Assembly (NCBI GenBank): GCA_973895155.1
Contig: OZ316899.1
Location: 705,573 to 769,572 of the forward strand
Reading direction: 5' to 3'
DNA length: 64,000 nucleotides
Source: Marsupella aquatica
Lineage: Eukaryota > Plantae > Marchantiophyta
A model generated the notes under the pieces. The model did not search any database and had not been told where the DNA came from. It saw only the letters and a list, made by a program, of their open reading frames with translations. The number at the start of each line of letters is the position of its first letter. The first letter of the stretch is position 1. Position numbers and translations under genes: made by a program. Shown here piece after piece: positions 23,870-34,246 of the stretch.

Positions 23870-24032
23870 ATGGATTTGGAAATTTCAACTGGTGTTTAGG
23901 AAACTTGAAAGAGTGTTCTAGAAATTCCAGTTCCAAGTTTTGGAAACTTCATTTAAGGTTGTTGGATAATGTATTTATTAATTTGGAAATTTCACCAAGC
24001 CACTTTGGAAAAAAGAATTTCCAGAATTAGTG
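23870..24032. repeat. Candidate right terminus of the host element: (TTT)GGAAA/TTTCC subterminal repeats ending in TAGTG
   Basis: About six short repeats in both orientations and TAGTG (CACTA on the minus strand) at 24028-24032. The matching left end would lie outside the window. Confidence 0.4.
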
Positions 24033-24039
24033 AAATCAC

Positions 24040-25512
24040 TGATAAAACTTGACTACCTTAGTACTTAGCTCCGGCGGTGCTGACTCTGACACCAAGCTCC
24101 CGTGTGGTCCAGGCCCAAATGGCCAACCGGGGATGACTTAGCATAGGGAGACTTGTGGGCAATTATGGGGCGTGGCACTGGCAAAGGCAAGGCACTGAGT
24201 TGATGACACACACTAAGAACTTAGACTAGCTGAGAGCTGGTTGGGTCAAGGGCAAAGGGCCAGGCTCAAGGTTGACCATCCGGACCCCCAGACGGACTTT
24301 GAGTTTTGAGGGCTTGAGTGAGAGCACCTCTTGGGCCCAATGCCAATGGAATTGACTCCATGGACAACGGACGCTTGGGGCACAAGTTATGGCTTGATCT
24401 GGGTTTGGCCAATCAGGGGTCCCGGGCGATGATGGGATCTGAGGGCTTAGGCATGAGCACTAGGTCGGCCCAATCACAACAGGCTAAGGCACTCTGCTTA
24501 TAGATGCCTAATTAGAAAACTATGGGCATTGCTAGTTGGTGGCATGCCCAGACATGCAAGTTGGGGTCCAGGTGGGGGGACCAAAGTTGGTCCGGGGTTG
24601 AAAGGTCTTCAGAAGCATATAATTATGGGGGGAGTGGTGTCTCCCTGGGGGCTAAGGGTGAGACAAAGGTGTGGGCCGGGGTGGTCGCGACACTAAGGGA
24701 AAATGGCAAACGGAAACGGCGATAACTTCCCAATGGGAAGTCCGTTGGAGGACTTCTTGGGTGCGTTGGAAAGATCTCAAGGAAGGATACATCCTCTTGA
24801 GCTCATCTGGGTCTGGGGGTGCCATATGTTCTTGGGGTTTGCGGGTGTTATCTCGCTGGCTTGCCAAACCCTACCAAAATAGCAGCCAAGTTGCATTCAG
24901 TATCACAAGGGAGATTGTGTTGGGGAGGCAAGGTCAAATAGGCATGGAGGATGAGTTCCAAGGCACTTGGCCCCTAGAACATGAGTGGGGCGAGAACCCG
25001 AGTTGGTTGTTGGGGTCGGGGTCATTCTGGTCCCGGCGTGTTGGGACAAACTTTAGGACAAGCTACGCTAATTGGGCCATGAGCATGTCCTGGGGGCAGG
25101 GCGGTCAGTTGGTGAGGGATAGGTACAAGGGGAAACCCAGGCCGCACCCAAGGAAGGAGTTGTTCTAGACAAACAATGGGTGTTGGTTTTGGTTCTGGCT
25201 TATGACATCTGGAGGACCTATCATTGACCTACTTAACAATGTCTATTGAGCTTGAGTTAGGATGCTAGACTTGGGAGACCTTGATCCCGAGGGGTTACTT
25301 ATTGAGACGCTTGGTTGCTTGTGCAGACAGTGAGGACAGTTGAGTAGTGGTCGTGTTGGAGAGCAAGTGCGGCTTCATATGGGAGGGGCCGCAGGTGGTG
25401 CAAGGGGCACCGGGTTAATTGCTCAAGGTATTCCGTGGAGGCATTTGGGCACCAGGGACACTTAGGCATGGGTGTTGGGATTGGTGAGGGCACTAGGTGG
25501 CAAGGTCCACCA
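24040..25512 (+). repeat. Old ~1.47-kb LTR-like repeat followed by a degenerate tRNA-Met PBS (CGGTATCAAAGC, 25517-25528)
   Basis: Colinear with 27119-28607; starts TG, ends GGTCCACCA. Confidence 0.65.
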
Positions 25513-26029
25513 CTTGCGGTATCAAAGCAATTGCTGGCATAGACACCGGGTTGGAGTTGTGCTAGGTCAGCCAAAAATCCTAATGGAATTTTGTAGGGAC
25601 TTAGTGCTTTAACGTGCTCGGCAGGTCAATTATGGGCATTGGAGACATGGTTAAGAACACTCAATCAAAGAGTGGCAAGAAAGCTCTTCCTACCAAGGGA
25701 AGAGCACAAGTTCAAGAAAAACAAAAGGAAGATGGGTCAACTTCCCTAGACAAACGCTACAAGCAAGATGAGGAGGACATGGCTGCCAAACCGTTGATCG
25801 CCGCAGCAACTACGTCAAGCGCAGAGTGTTGTCAACTTAAAGGGAAAGAGGCGACCAAACCTTCAAAGGACAAGTCAAGCCAGGACAACACCAACTTGGA
25901 TAAAAGCAACAACGGTTCAAAGACTAGATTGAAGGGAGAGGGTCAGGATCAGAAGAGGGACTGATCCCAACCTTAAGAGGTTTGGATGCGGAATCAGAGT
26001 ATGATGTCAAGCCAAACGTCATCGTGGAC

Positions 26030-26850
26030 AATTTGACATTGGGAGGACCTATCGCTGACCTACTTACCAATGTCTGTTGAGCTTGAGTTAGGATGCTAGA
26101 CTTGGGGAGATCTAGATCTTGAAGGGTTACTTATCGAGATGCTTGGTTGCTTGTGCAAACTGTGAGGACTGTTGAGTAGCGATCATATGGGAGGGGCCGT
26201 GGGTGGTGCAAGGGGCACTAGGTTGCTTGCTTGAGGTATTTTGTGAGAGCGTTTGGACACCAAGGGCATTTAGGCGTGGGTGTTGGGATTAGTGAGGGCG
26301 CGGAGTGGCAAGGTCCACCACTTGTGGTATCAGAGCGATTGTCGGTAGACACCAGGTCGGGGTTGTGCTAGGTCATAATCCAAAAATCTTAACAGATTTT
26401 TGTGGGGACTTAGTGCTTCAACGTACCCGACGGGTCGTCTGCGGACAGATTTGGTTGCTGGTGACATGGCAGAGAACACTCGTTCAAAGAGTGCCAAGCA
26501 GGCTCCCCCCCACCAAGGGGAGAGCCCAAGTTCAAGAAGAACAGAAAGAGGACGGGTTGACTTCCCTACACAAATGTTACAAGCAGGACAATGAGGATGT
26601 GGCGGCCAAACCGTCAAGTGCAGAACGCCGTTGACTTAAAGGGAAGGAGGTTGCCGATCCTCCAGAGGACGAGCTAGGCGATGACGGCTCCGACTCAGAT
26701 GGAAGCGACAACTGTTCAGAGGCTGAATCAGAGGAAGAGGGTCAAGACCCAAAAGAGGAATTGATCCCAACCTTAAGGGGGTTGGATGCGGAACCAGAGG
26801 ATGATGTCAAGTCGGACATCATCGTGGATAATTTGACCAAACAAAACCAG
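26030..26850 (+). repeat. Tandem duplicate of the LTR 3' part, a perfect tRNA-iMet PBS (TGGTATCAGAGC, 26325-26336) and the leader
   Basis: Colinear with ~25205-26035. Confidence 0.7.
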
Positions 26851-27118
26851 GGCGATGCAAGTGATGCCTCAGCCCTGGGAGGTCATGGTGCTCGCAAGTC
26901 GCGGGAGGTGTCACCAAATCCACAAAGGAACCTAAGGACAGGCGGCCCACAAAGGAAACACGGTTGGAGGACCATCCTCATACAACCCACAAGGGCCCAG
27001 CCACTGATGACGGTTTGGGTCCGTTGACTGACCAACAACTCCTTTATGAGCAGTTGGAACACAACAGGGGGGCCCAGATTAAGTACTTACTTAGTCTGGG
27101 TAGTCAGAGTGCAACAGT

Positions 27119-28607
27119 TGTGGAACTTGACTACCTTAACACTTAGCTCCGGCATCGCTGACTTCGACGCCGAGCTCCCTTATGGTCCAGGCCTGGATAG
27201 GCCATCTGGGGAGGACTTAGCATGGGGAGACTTGTGGGCAATGAGACGTGGCACTAGCGAGGCAAGGGGCCAAGCTGGGGACACACACTAAGGACTTGGA
27301 CTAGCCTATGGCTGGTCGGGTCAAGGGAAAATGGGCCAGGCTCAAGGATGGCCGTCCGGACCGTTGGATGGACTTTGAGTTTTGAGGGCTTGGGAGTGAG
27401 CTCCTCTTGGGCCCAAGGCCAATGGAGTTGACGCCATTGGCAGCGGATGCTTGGGGCGCAAGTTGTGGCCCAATCCGGGATGGGCCGGTCGGGGACCCTG
27501 AGCGGCGATCAGACCTAAGGGCCTAGGCATGAGCACTGGGTCGGCCTGGTCACAACGGGCTAAGGCACTCCGCTTGCGGATGCCTATCAAGAAAGTTATG
27601 GGCGTTGCCAGTTGGTGGCGCACCCATTATGCGCGATGGGATCTGGGTTGGGGGCCAAATGTTTAGGGACCAAAGCTGGTCCGGGGGTGGCAGGTCTCCA
27701 GAAGCATATATGAGGGGAGTGGTGTCTCCCTGGTGGCTAAGGCCGAGCCGAAGTCGTGAGCCACGGCGGTCGCGACACTAAGGGAAACTGCCAAACCGAA
27801 ATGGCGATATCTTCCCAACGGGAAGTCCGTTGGAGGACTTCTTGAGTGCGTTGGCAAGCTCTTGAGGAGGGCTACGCCCTCCTGAGCTCAGATGGGTCCA
27901 GGAGTGCCATGGGTTTTCGTGGTTTGCGGGTGTTAGCTCGCCCGCTTGCCAAATCCTGCCGAACAGCAGCCAAGCCACGTTCAGCCTCCCAAGGGAGCTT
28001 GCGTTGGGGAGGCAAGGCCAAGTAGGTATGGAGGCTGAGTCCCAAGGGCGCTCGGTCCCTAGACCATCACTGGGGCGAACCGCGAGCGATTGTTAGAGTC
28101 GGGGCCATTCTGGTCCCGGCGTGTTGAGACAAGCTTGGGACAAGCTTTAGGACAAGCTACGCTATTTGGGCCATGAGCATGTTCTGAGGTCAGGGCGGTC
28201 AGTTGGTGATGGATAGGTACGAGGGGGAACCCAGGCCGCGCCCAAGGAAGGAGCTGTTCTGGACAAACGGTGGGTGTGGGTTCTGGTTCCAGCTTATGGC
28301 ATCGGGAGGACCTATCACTGACCTATTTACCAACGTCTGTTGAACTTGAGTTAGGATGCTAGACTTGGCGAGTTCTAGATCCTAAAGGGTTACTTACCGA
28401 GGTTTTTGGTTGCTTGTGCAGATAGGGAGGACCGTTGAGTAGCGGTCGTGTTAGAGAGCAAGTGCGGCTTTGTATGGGAGGGGCCGTTGGTGGTGCAAGG
28501 GGCACTAGGTTACTTGCTCGAGGTATTCCGTGGAGGCGTTCGGGCACCAAGGGCACTTAGGCGTGAGTGCTGGGATTGGTGAGGGCGCTAGGTGGCAAGG
28601 TCCACCA
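27119..28607 (+). repeat. Second ~1.49-kb LTR-like repeat
   Basis: Homologous to 24040-25512; ends GGTCCACCA but is not followed by a PBS. Confidence 0.65.
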
Positions 28608-30128
28608 CTGCGACGCATCCCAAGGGGGAAATGGTAGTTGGACAGAGTATGTTCCAAGTGAACCAACTACCGACTCCTCCAACTTACGATGGGGCCTATG
28701 AACAAAATGGACAAAATATCCTAAGTTGGCTCTCCACGATGGAGATCCATCTGCAAGCGTGTGTTGAGCGATCCACTTGGGCTACCGCAGCCGCTCCTTA
28801 CCTAAAGGACTCTTCCTTGCCGCTAACTTGGGAAAACCTGGTTGAGGGTCTCCGTGCTCATGTCACCACTAAGTACCCAGAGCGGGACGCTCATAAATGC
28901 GTAACAAAGATGAGTTTTAGGGGTGATATCCAAAAGTTCATCACTTATTACCAGAACCAGTTGGCGTGTATCCCGAAAGGACAAGAGACCCTACATACAC
29001 AGCTTCACAACTTTATAATGAAGCTCCTGCAGTTGCATAGGGAATGAGATTTAGTTCGTTGGCCATATCTTTACCCTAGAGGGGATTACGCCTAGTTAGG
29101 ACAAGCTTAAGGAGATCAAAGAGTGGGAGCGCCCGTCCAATGTAAGGCAAGTTAGAGCCTTCTTAGGATTTATGGGGTTCTATTGGAGATACATGAAAGA
29201 CTATGCAAGGATTGCGAGGCCCCTAAACGCGCTAACGTTGAAAAACAAAGTGTTTGTGTGGACACAAGATTGCGAGTTAGCATTCCTAGAACTTAAGAGG
29301 TTAATGATAACGCCGCCGGTTCTAAAGTTACCTGAGATGGGAAAGCCGTTCGAAATTTGGATAGACGCAAGTGATTATGCCATTGGCGCCTGTCTTCACC
29401 AAGATGGGCGTCCTGTGGCCTTTGAGTCATGTAAGTTGGAAAATCACTGGATCACGCCGGAAAGGGAAATGTATGCTGTGATCTATGCGTTGAAGAAGTG
29501 GGAGATTTACCTTAGGAACGGTCCCAAAGTGGTAATCCACACAGATAGCTCGCCAGCCGGGTACTTCAGTTCTAAGCCAAGGCTGAACCCCAAGGAAATG
29601 CGTTGGCAGATGTTCTTGGCGGATTTTGATTTCAAAGTCCGCCACGTTCCAGGGAAGACAAATACGGCAGTGGACGCGTTATTGCGTAAGGACCAACATC
29701 GGGTCAATGGGATCACGATGCTCAAATCCGAGTGGCCAAAGGTTCTGGCCGTAGCGTATGGGGATGACAGGTTAGCTAAGGAATGGCAAAGCAATGGGGG
29801 TAGCCAAGGCAAGGTAAGGCATGTATTGTTGGGGTTGGATAAGATGCATAATGTCCAGTTATGGCAATACAAGCAGAGGCGTGTGTACATACCGGAGTCT
29901 CTAAGGTTAGAGGTTCTGCTAAAGTACCACGACTCGCCCTGGGGAGGGCATGGAGGACAAGCCGCTATGTATCGCAGCATGTCGCGAGATGTGTATTGAC
30001 CGGACATGAAGCAATCGGTCCTTCAACACGTGCAAAGTTGTTACTCGTGCCAAAGAACCAAACGGTCTATAGGGTAAAAGGAGGACTACTACAACCCTTA
30101 CCAGTAGTTGCGGCTCCATGGGAGTCTA
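28608..30128 (+). pseudogene. Ty3/Gypsy chromovirus remnant, 5' part: gag fragment, RT end, RNase H, integrase Zn-finger
   Basis: PTPPTYDG gag; VRAFLG..GFY, DASDYAIGA, EMYAVIYALKKW; HDSPWGGHGG...CYSCQ; ends PWES at the insertion point. Confidence 0.88.
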
Positions 30129-30486
30129 TGTGACGCCGCTGGTACGGCGGTTAATGAGTGATTCAGTCTAACTGCGCTCGGCACGCGCGTTAGGTGGGTC
30201 TTAGGCCGCTATTATTAGCATAACGACAGTATTTAGGTAATCATTAGGGGTAGGACATCATTAGGCAATAAGGGGGACTTCAAGTTCGGGCTGGCGGCGG
30301 GTCGCTATTCGCACACCCGGGTTACGAGCGTGGAGGGGCCCCTCCCTCGGGTCCGTATAACGAACTTAAGGAAGCGGCCACTGACGCACGCTGACTCAGA
30401 CCGGCGGAGTGGCCGGTACACCACAAGCGTGAGTGGTTCAACCTATGGGCGTCGAGGAGACGTCGGGGATCGACAAGCCCTCAAAG

Positions 30487-30493
30487 TATAAAA
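30487..30493 (+). promoter_or_regulatory. TATA box in the LTR, ~100 bp upstream of the LTR ORF
   Basis: TATAAAA followed by GGGG. Present at the same position in the 3' LTR; copy 2 has GTATAAAAAGGG. Confidence 0.6.
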
Positions 30494-30594
30494 GGGGAGC
30501 CAACCCTTTGTAGTGCACCAGTCCATCAGTCCGCGCGCCAGCTTCGACCCCAGCTCTCTCGTTCTCTCTAGGTCGCCACTACTATCTCCTCTGA

Positions 30595-33225
30595 ATGTCG
30601 CACACAATCCTCTCCAGCTCGGCCATTCGATTCTGGACGCAGTTCCTATCTACCGGAAGGCACTTGGCCGATTCATTGAAACACGCCAACCCGCGCCGAT
30701 ACGAGATCGAACGCGAATACGAGAGAGCCATCCGCCTAGCAGGACGACACCACTACGTCCTTAACTTTGACTACCCGTCTCAGAGCAAGCTTTACCGACC
30801 AGCTGAGGTATCTGGGTACTTCTTCAACGGAGACAAATATATCGGGTTCTGGGAAGCATTGCTTCGGCTTCCGGACGAGGTCTTCAATATCCCGGGTACA
30901 ATCGACCTGTAGCGACATCACTTCGACCACATCCCTGCCCAGGTTCGGGCTGTCATTAACGGCGAGTCCAGTACCAACCGTTCGACAAGGGCGTCCGCAC
31001 TCGCTTCGGAGAACTTCTACCAGCACCTGCAGAGCTTCATGGGAACTCGGCCATCAACCAACATGACCAACTCAGCCGGGCCCGTACCCGTACCCGTGCC
31101 CATGCAACCTCAGCTTCAGCCTCAGCCTCAGCCTAGCCAAACCCCACCACCTATCACCCAGCCAGCACAGGTACGCTCCGTCATCAACGCTGTGGATCTT
31201 AGCGATGACGACGAGGCTACCCCACCCTTGACCAGGCGGCCCAGAGGAACAAGCGCGCGGGGGGCCGACACTATATTGTCCCCACCCCCTGCTCTGACCC
31301 CAGGAGCGGCCCCAGCAGACAACATGGTGACCGTGGCCGCCCCGGGCCCGTTACCAACCGCAGTGGCACTCCCCAGGCCCGATCGGGAGGATGGGGAAGT
31401 ATCACCTTCCCCGAGTCAGTCACGGGGAAAGAAGAGGAAGGAATCCGCCACTGCATCCGGGTTACCGTTGGCCACGGTAGCCGTAGCCAAGGTGACGATG
31501 CATCGCATGGGGGAAAACGTTCACAGCAACATCCTCCATCCCAAGCATGCGGTGTACCTGAAGACTCAGGGATTTGAGCACCTCGCCTCTCTCCCCTGGA
31601 ACACTTGCAGGTACTACGGGGAGGACATGACAGAATTCGTCAAGAATTATGACGACGTACGTCAACAGACTCGGCTGCGGGGAAGGAATATGTCCCTCAC
31701 AGAAGAACGGCTCAAGATGATCTTCGGGTTACCCGAAGGTGATTATCGAGTCGAATCACGGGCTCCCGGGGGCAAGGGGGCCAAGTACCAATCTTCAAGT
31801 TTTCCCTCAGAGGGATCAGTAGACAACGGGTTCGTGATGAGGACCTGCCTCATGCCCGAGATAGTTGAGCGGCTGGAGTTCCAGAGGTACACTCTCCAGA
31901 TGATGGAACCCCGGGGGGAGATCTCCGCCGCCCAGGTTATCCAGGTCGAGAACTATCGACCTAGGAAATGGGCGTCGTACTTCGCTAAGAAATTCCATGA
32001 AGAGATGGAGCGGCGAAGGAAGACGTTGTACATTGGCGGGAAGACGTATTTCGCTAGCCACATCGAAATCATTCTTGAGTGGTACGCCCGGTTTGATCGA
32101 CGAACCCTTCCCCGCATCAACGTTACAAAGCTGGTCCCAGCTAGGTGGGTTTTTCCGGCATTGGAGAGACGGCCCCAACCCGAGGCCCGAAGTCCAGTGG
32201 ACACGCCAGCTTCACCCACCCCACCTCCACAAATAGCTGTAATCGTACCCGAGGAGGCGCCGGAGGGGTCGGTCGTCGCAACCGTTGATGCGACCCAACT
32301 AGCCGGGCTAAGTACAGAAGTTGGTACGGCAGAGGTCTTACCCGAACCCGGGTCTCCCAAGGACCCGCCGGTGGCAATTCTGGAGAACCGGACATCGCTG
32401 CAGGAGGACACTCCAGCCCCTTCCAACGTTATGTCCCCAGGGCTGGACGTCACTGCCCCGGCCCCTGCGCGTGTTGATGTCTGCCCGTGCCCAAATCCGG
32501 ACAGGCACAACTTGGACCACCCGGAACTCTTCGTATAGGGTACGTTTCTGAACGGGCTTCTGGGAGATTTCTCTCATCAAATTGCCCGGGATACCGGGGA
32601 GTTCATGGCCCGGAAGGTAGCCTGTTTCTTCAATCAGGAGTTGGTTGCCGCCGTAAAGGCAGGTCGGGCCCAGTCGGAGGCCCTTCAGAGGATAGAGCGG
32701 TACCGGGTGGAGTCCGTGTACCTAAAGAACGAAGTGGCGGCTCAAGAGGCTGAGCTTCTGCAACTACGACCCAAGGTTGCAGCCGCCGATGAGTTGTTAG
32801 CAAAGGCGTACGCTCTTACCGCCCTAGCCGAACAGGCCAAAGCTGGGAACGAGGCCGAGATTACACGACTCCGGAACCAGATTGACAGTTTGAAGAAACA
32901 AGCTGTCACCTGGCAGAAAGACCTGGAGGAGGCCGAGGAGCGAGCCCAGCGGGACGCGACGGAGATAGCCACGCTGCAGGCCGAGATGGCGTGGCTCCAA
33001 ACCGAGGCCAAGAAGCAGGACCAGCTGGCGAGTAAACTGACGAGCGACGCCCAGCAGCTGGAGGAGGCATGTCAGGAGGCAGCAGAGGAGACGGATGCGG
33101 CGAGGTGAGAGAACGAATCTCTGCTGGACCAGGTCCAGCTCCTTGAGGCGGACAATGACAGGCTTCGAAGGCAGCGGGATGGCCGTTCCCATTCGGGCGG
33201 CTCTGGCAAGCGTGCCAGGCATTAG
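30595..33225 (+). pseudogene. LTR-encoded ~876-aa ORF (plant-transposon-protein-like core, Pro-rich linkers, C-terminal coiled coil)
   Basis: One frame with three point stops (30910, 32536, 33106) that are sense codons CAG, CAG, CGA in the 3' LTR. Confidence 0.9.
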
Positions 33226-34135
33226 CGGCGGAGTAGGAATAGATTAGGATTAGGATTGGCTTAGTCAGGCTCTTGGGACAGGCACCTGCCTTAGGTACAG
33301 CAGCGCTGCCCTGCTGTCCAGCCTGCGTAAATTAGGATCTTCTAATAAGACACAGCCATTTTCTGGCCTGACTGTCAGCTTAGTTAGGACCTTAGTCAGC
33401 GAATCTTCAGCGTGAGGACACCCCGTTCCTCGGCTCTTAGTATTTAGTGCACCCCTCGGTAGAGGCAGGGGGGGTTTTTAGTTTCAGAGTCGGACATCCG
33501 CGGGACATGCGGGGAGTCCCGACCGCTGGGAATGACAGAGTACCAAGGGGAGGGGGTAGGACTAAGCTCGCCGGGCGAGTGCGGAGCCGGGCTCCGTTGT
33601 AGTGTGCACCCTTGGCCTTGAACCTGTGCATTCCAGGGCTGTCGTGTCAACTAAGTGTACGCATATGTTCCCTTTGTAGTAAAATCCTTTCCCATCATTT
33701 TTCCTTCGTGTAAATCGAGATTGTATGCATGTGTGCGCATATGTGTGTGGGTTTCTCGTATATGGGTGGCAGCGCCGGGCCGAACGCACTACCCGAGACG
33801 TGCACAGGGTGCAGCCTGCGGGTAAGTGGTTGCGAGCACGGGTTGAGGACCTGTATCATCGAATCCGGATCGAAGGCGGACAGCACGAAGGCTTAGAAGC
33901 CCTTAAGCCGGGGTCGATCCTGCTATCGACTAAGGTACGTTCCGGCGGCGGAACACAAACCATACCTAGGAGGTGTCCGTATTTAGCAGTATGCGCACTT
34001 AGCGCTAGTTTACGAGAATAAGGTGCATTACGTGCTTCCCTTCCTGCCCGAACCCTCAGATTTACGAGGGATGTGCCCGTCTAAGCTGAAGTCTGAGTTA
34101 AGGCCGAAGCCTACGACGTGACATAGCCTTTGTTT

Positions 34136-34153
34136 TGGCGCTAGATGGAGGGG
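34136..34153 (+). promoter_or_regulatory. PBS TGGCGCTAGATGGAGGGG, tRNA-Asn-like
   Basis: Complementary, with one mismatch, to the recalled plant tRNA-Asn 3' end (...CCUCCUUCUAGCGCCA). The same PBS occurs at 49216 and 57634-57651. Confidence 0.7.
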
Positions 34154-34246
34154 GCACTCTACATATCGTAGAGGGGAGACATGTGCGTATTCACCTAGGC
34201 AGGATACATCAGGACGTAGTACTAACCATTGCATTTATATGAGTAA

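Larger units (their letters stand above)
30129..34123 (+). repeat. 5' LTR (3,995 bp)
   Basis: TGTGACG...CGTGACA; near-identical to 40214-44213. Confidence 0.95.

Noticed and set aside
25614-27027. K/E/D-rich ORFs after the PBS copies
   Set aside because: Low complexity, frames not conserved between the two duplicates, and no gag motif.
33230-33420. Possible ribozyme among the LTR hairpins (also 48900-49060)
   Set aside because: Local palindromes exist, but I found no hammerhead core (CUGANGA...GAAA) or HDV-like pattern by eye.
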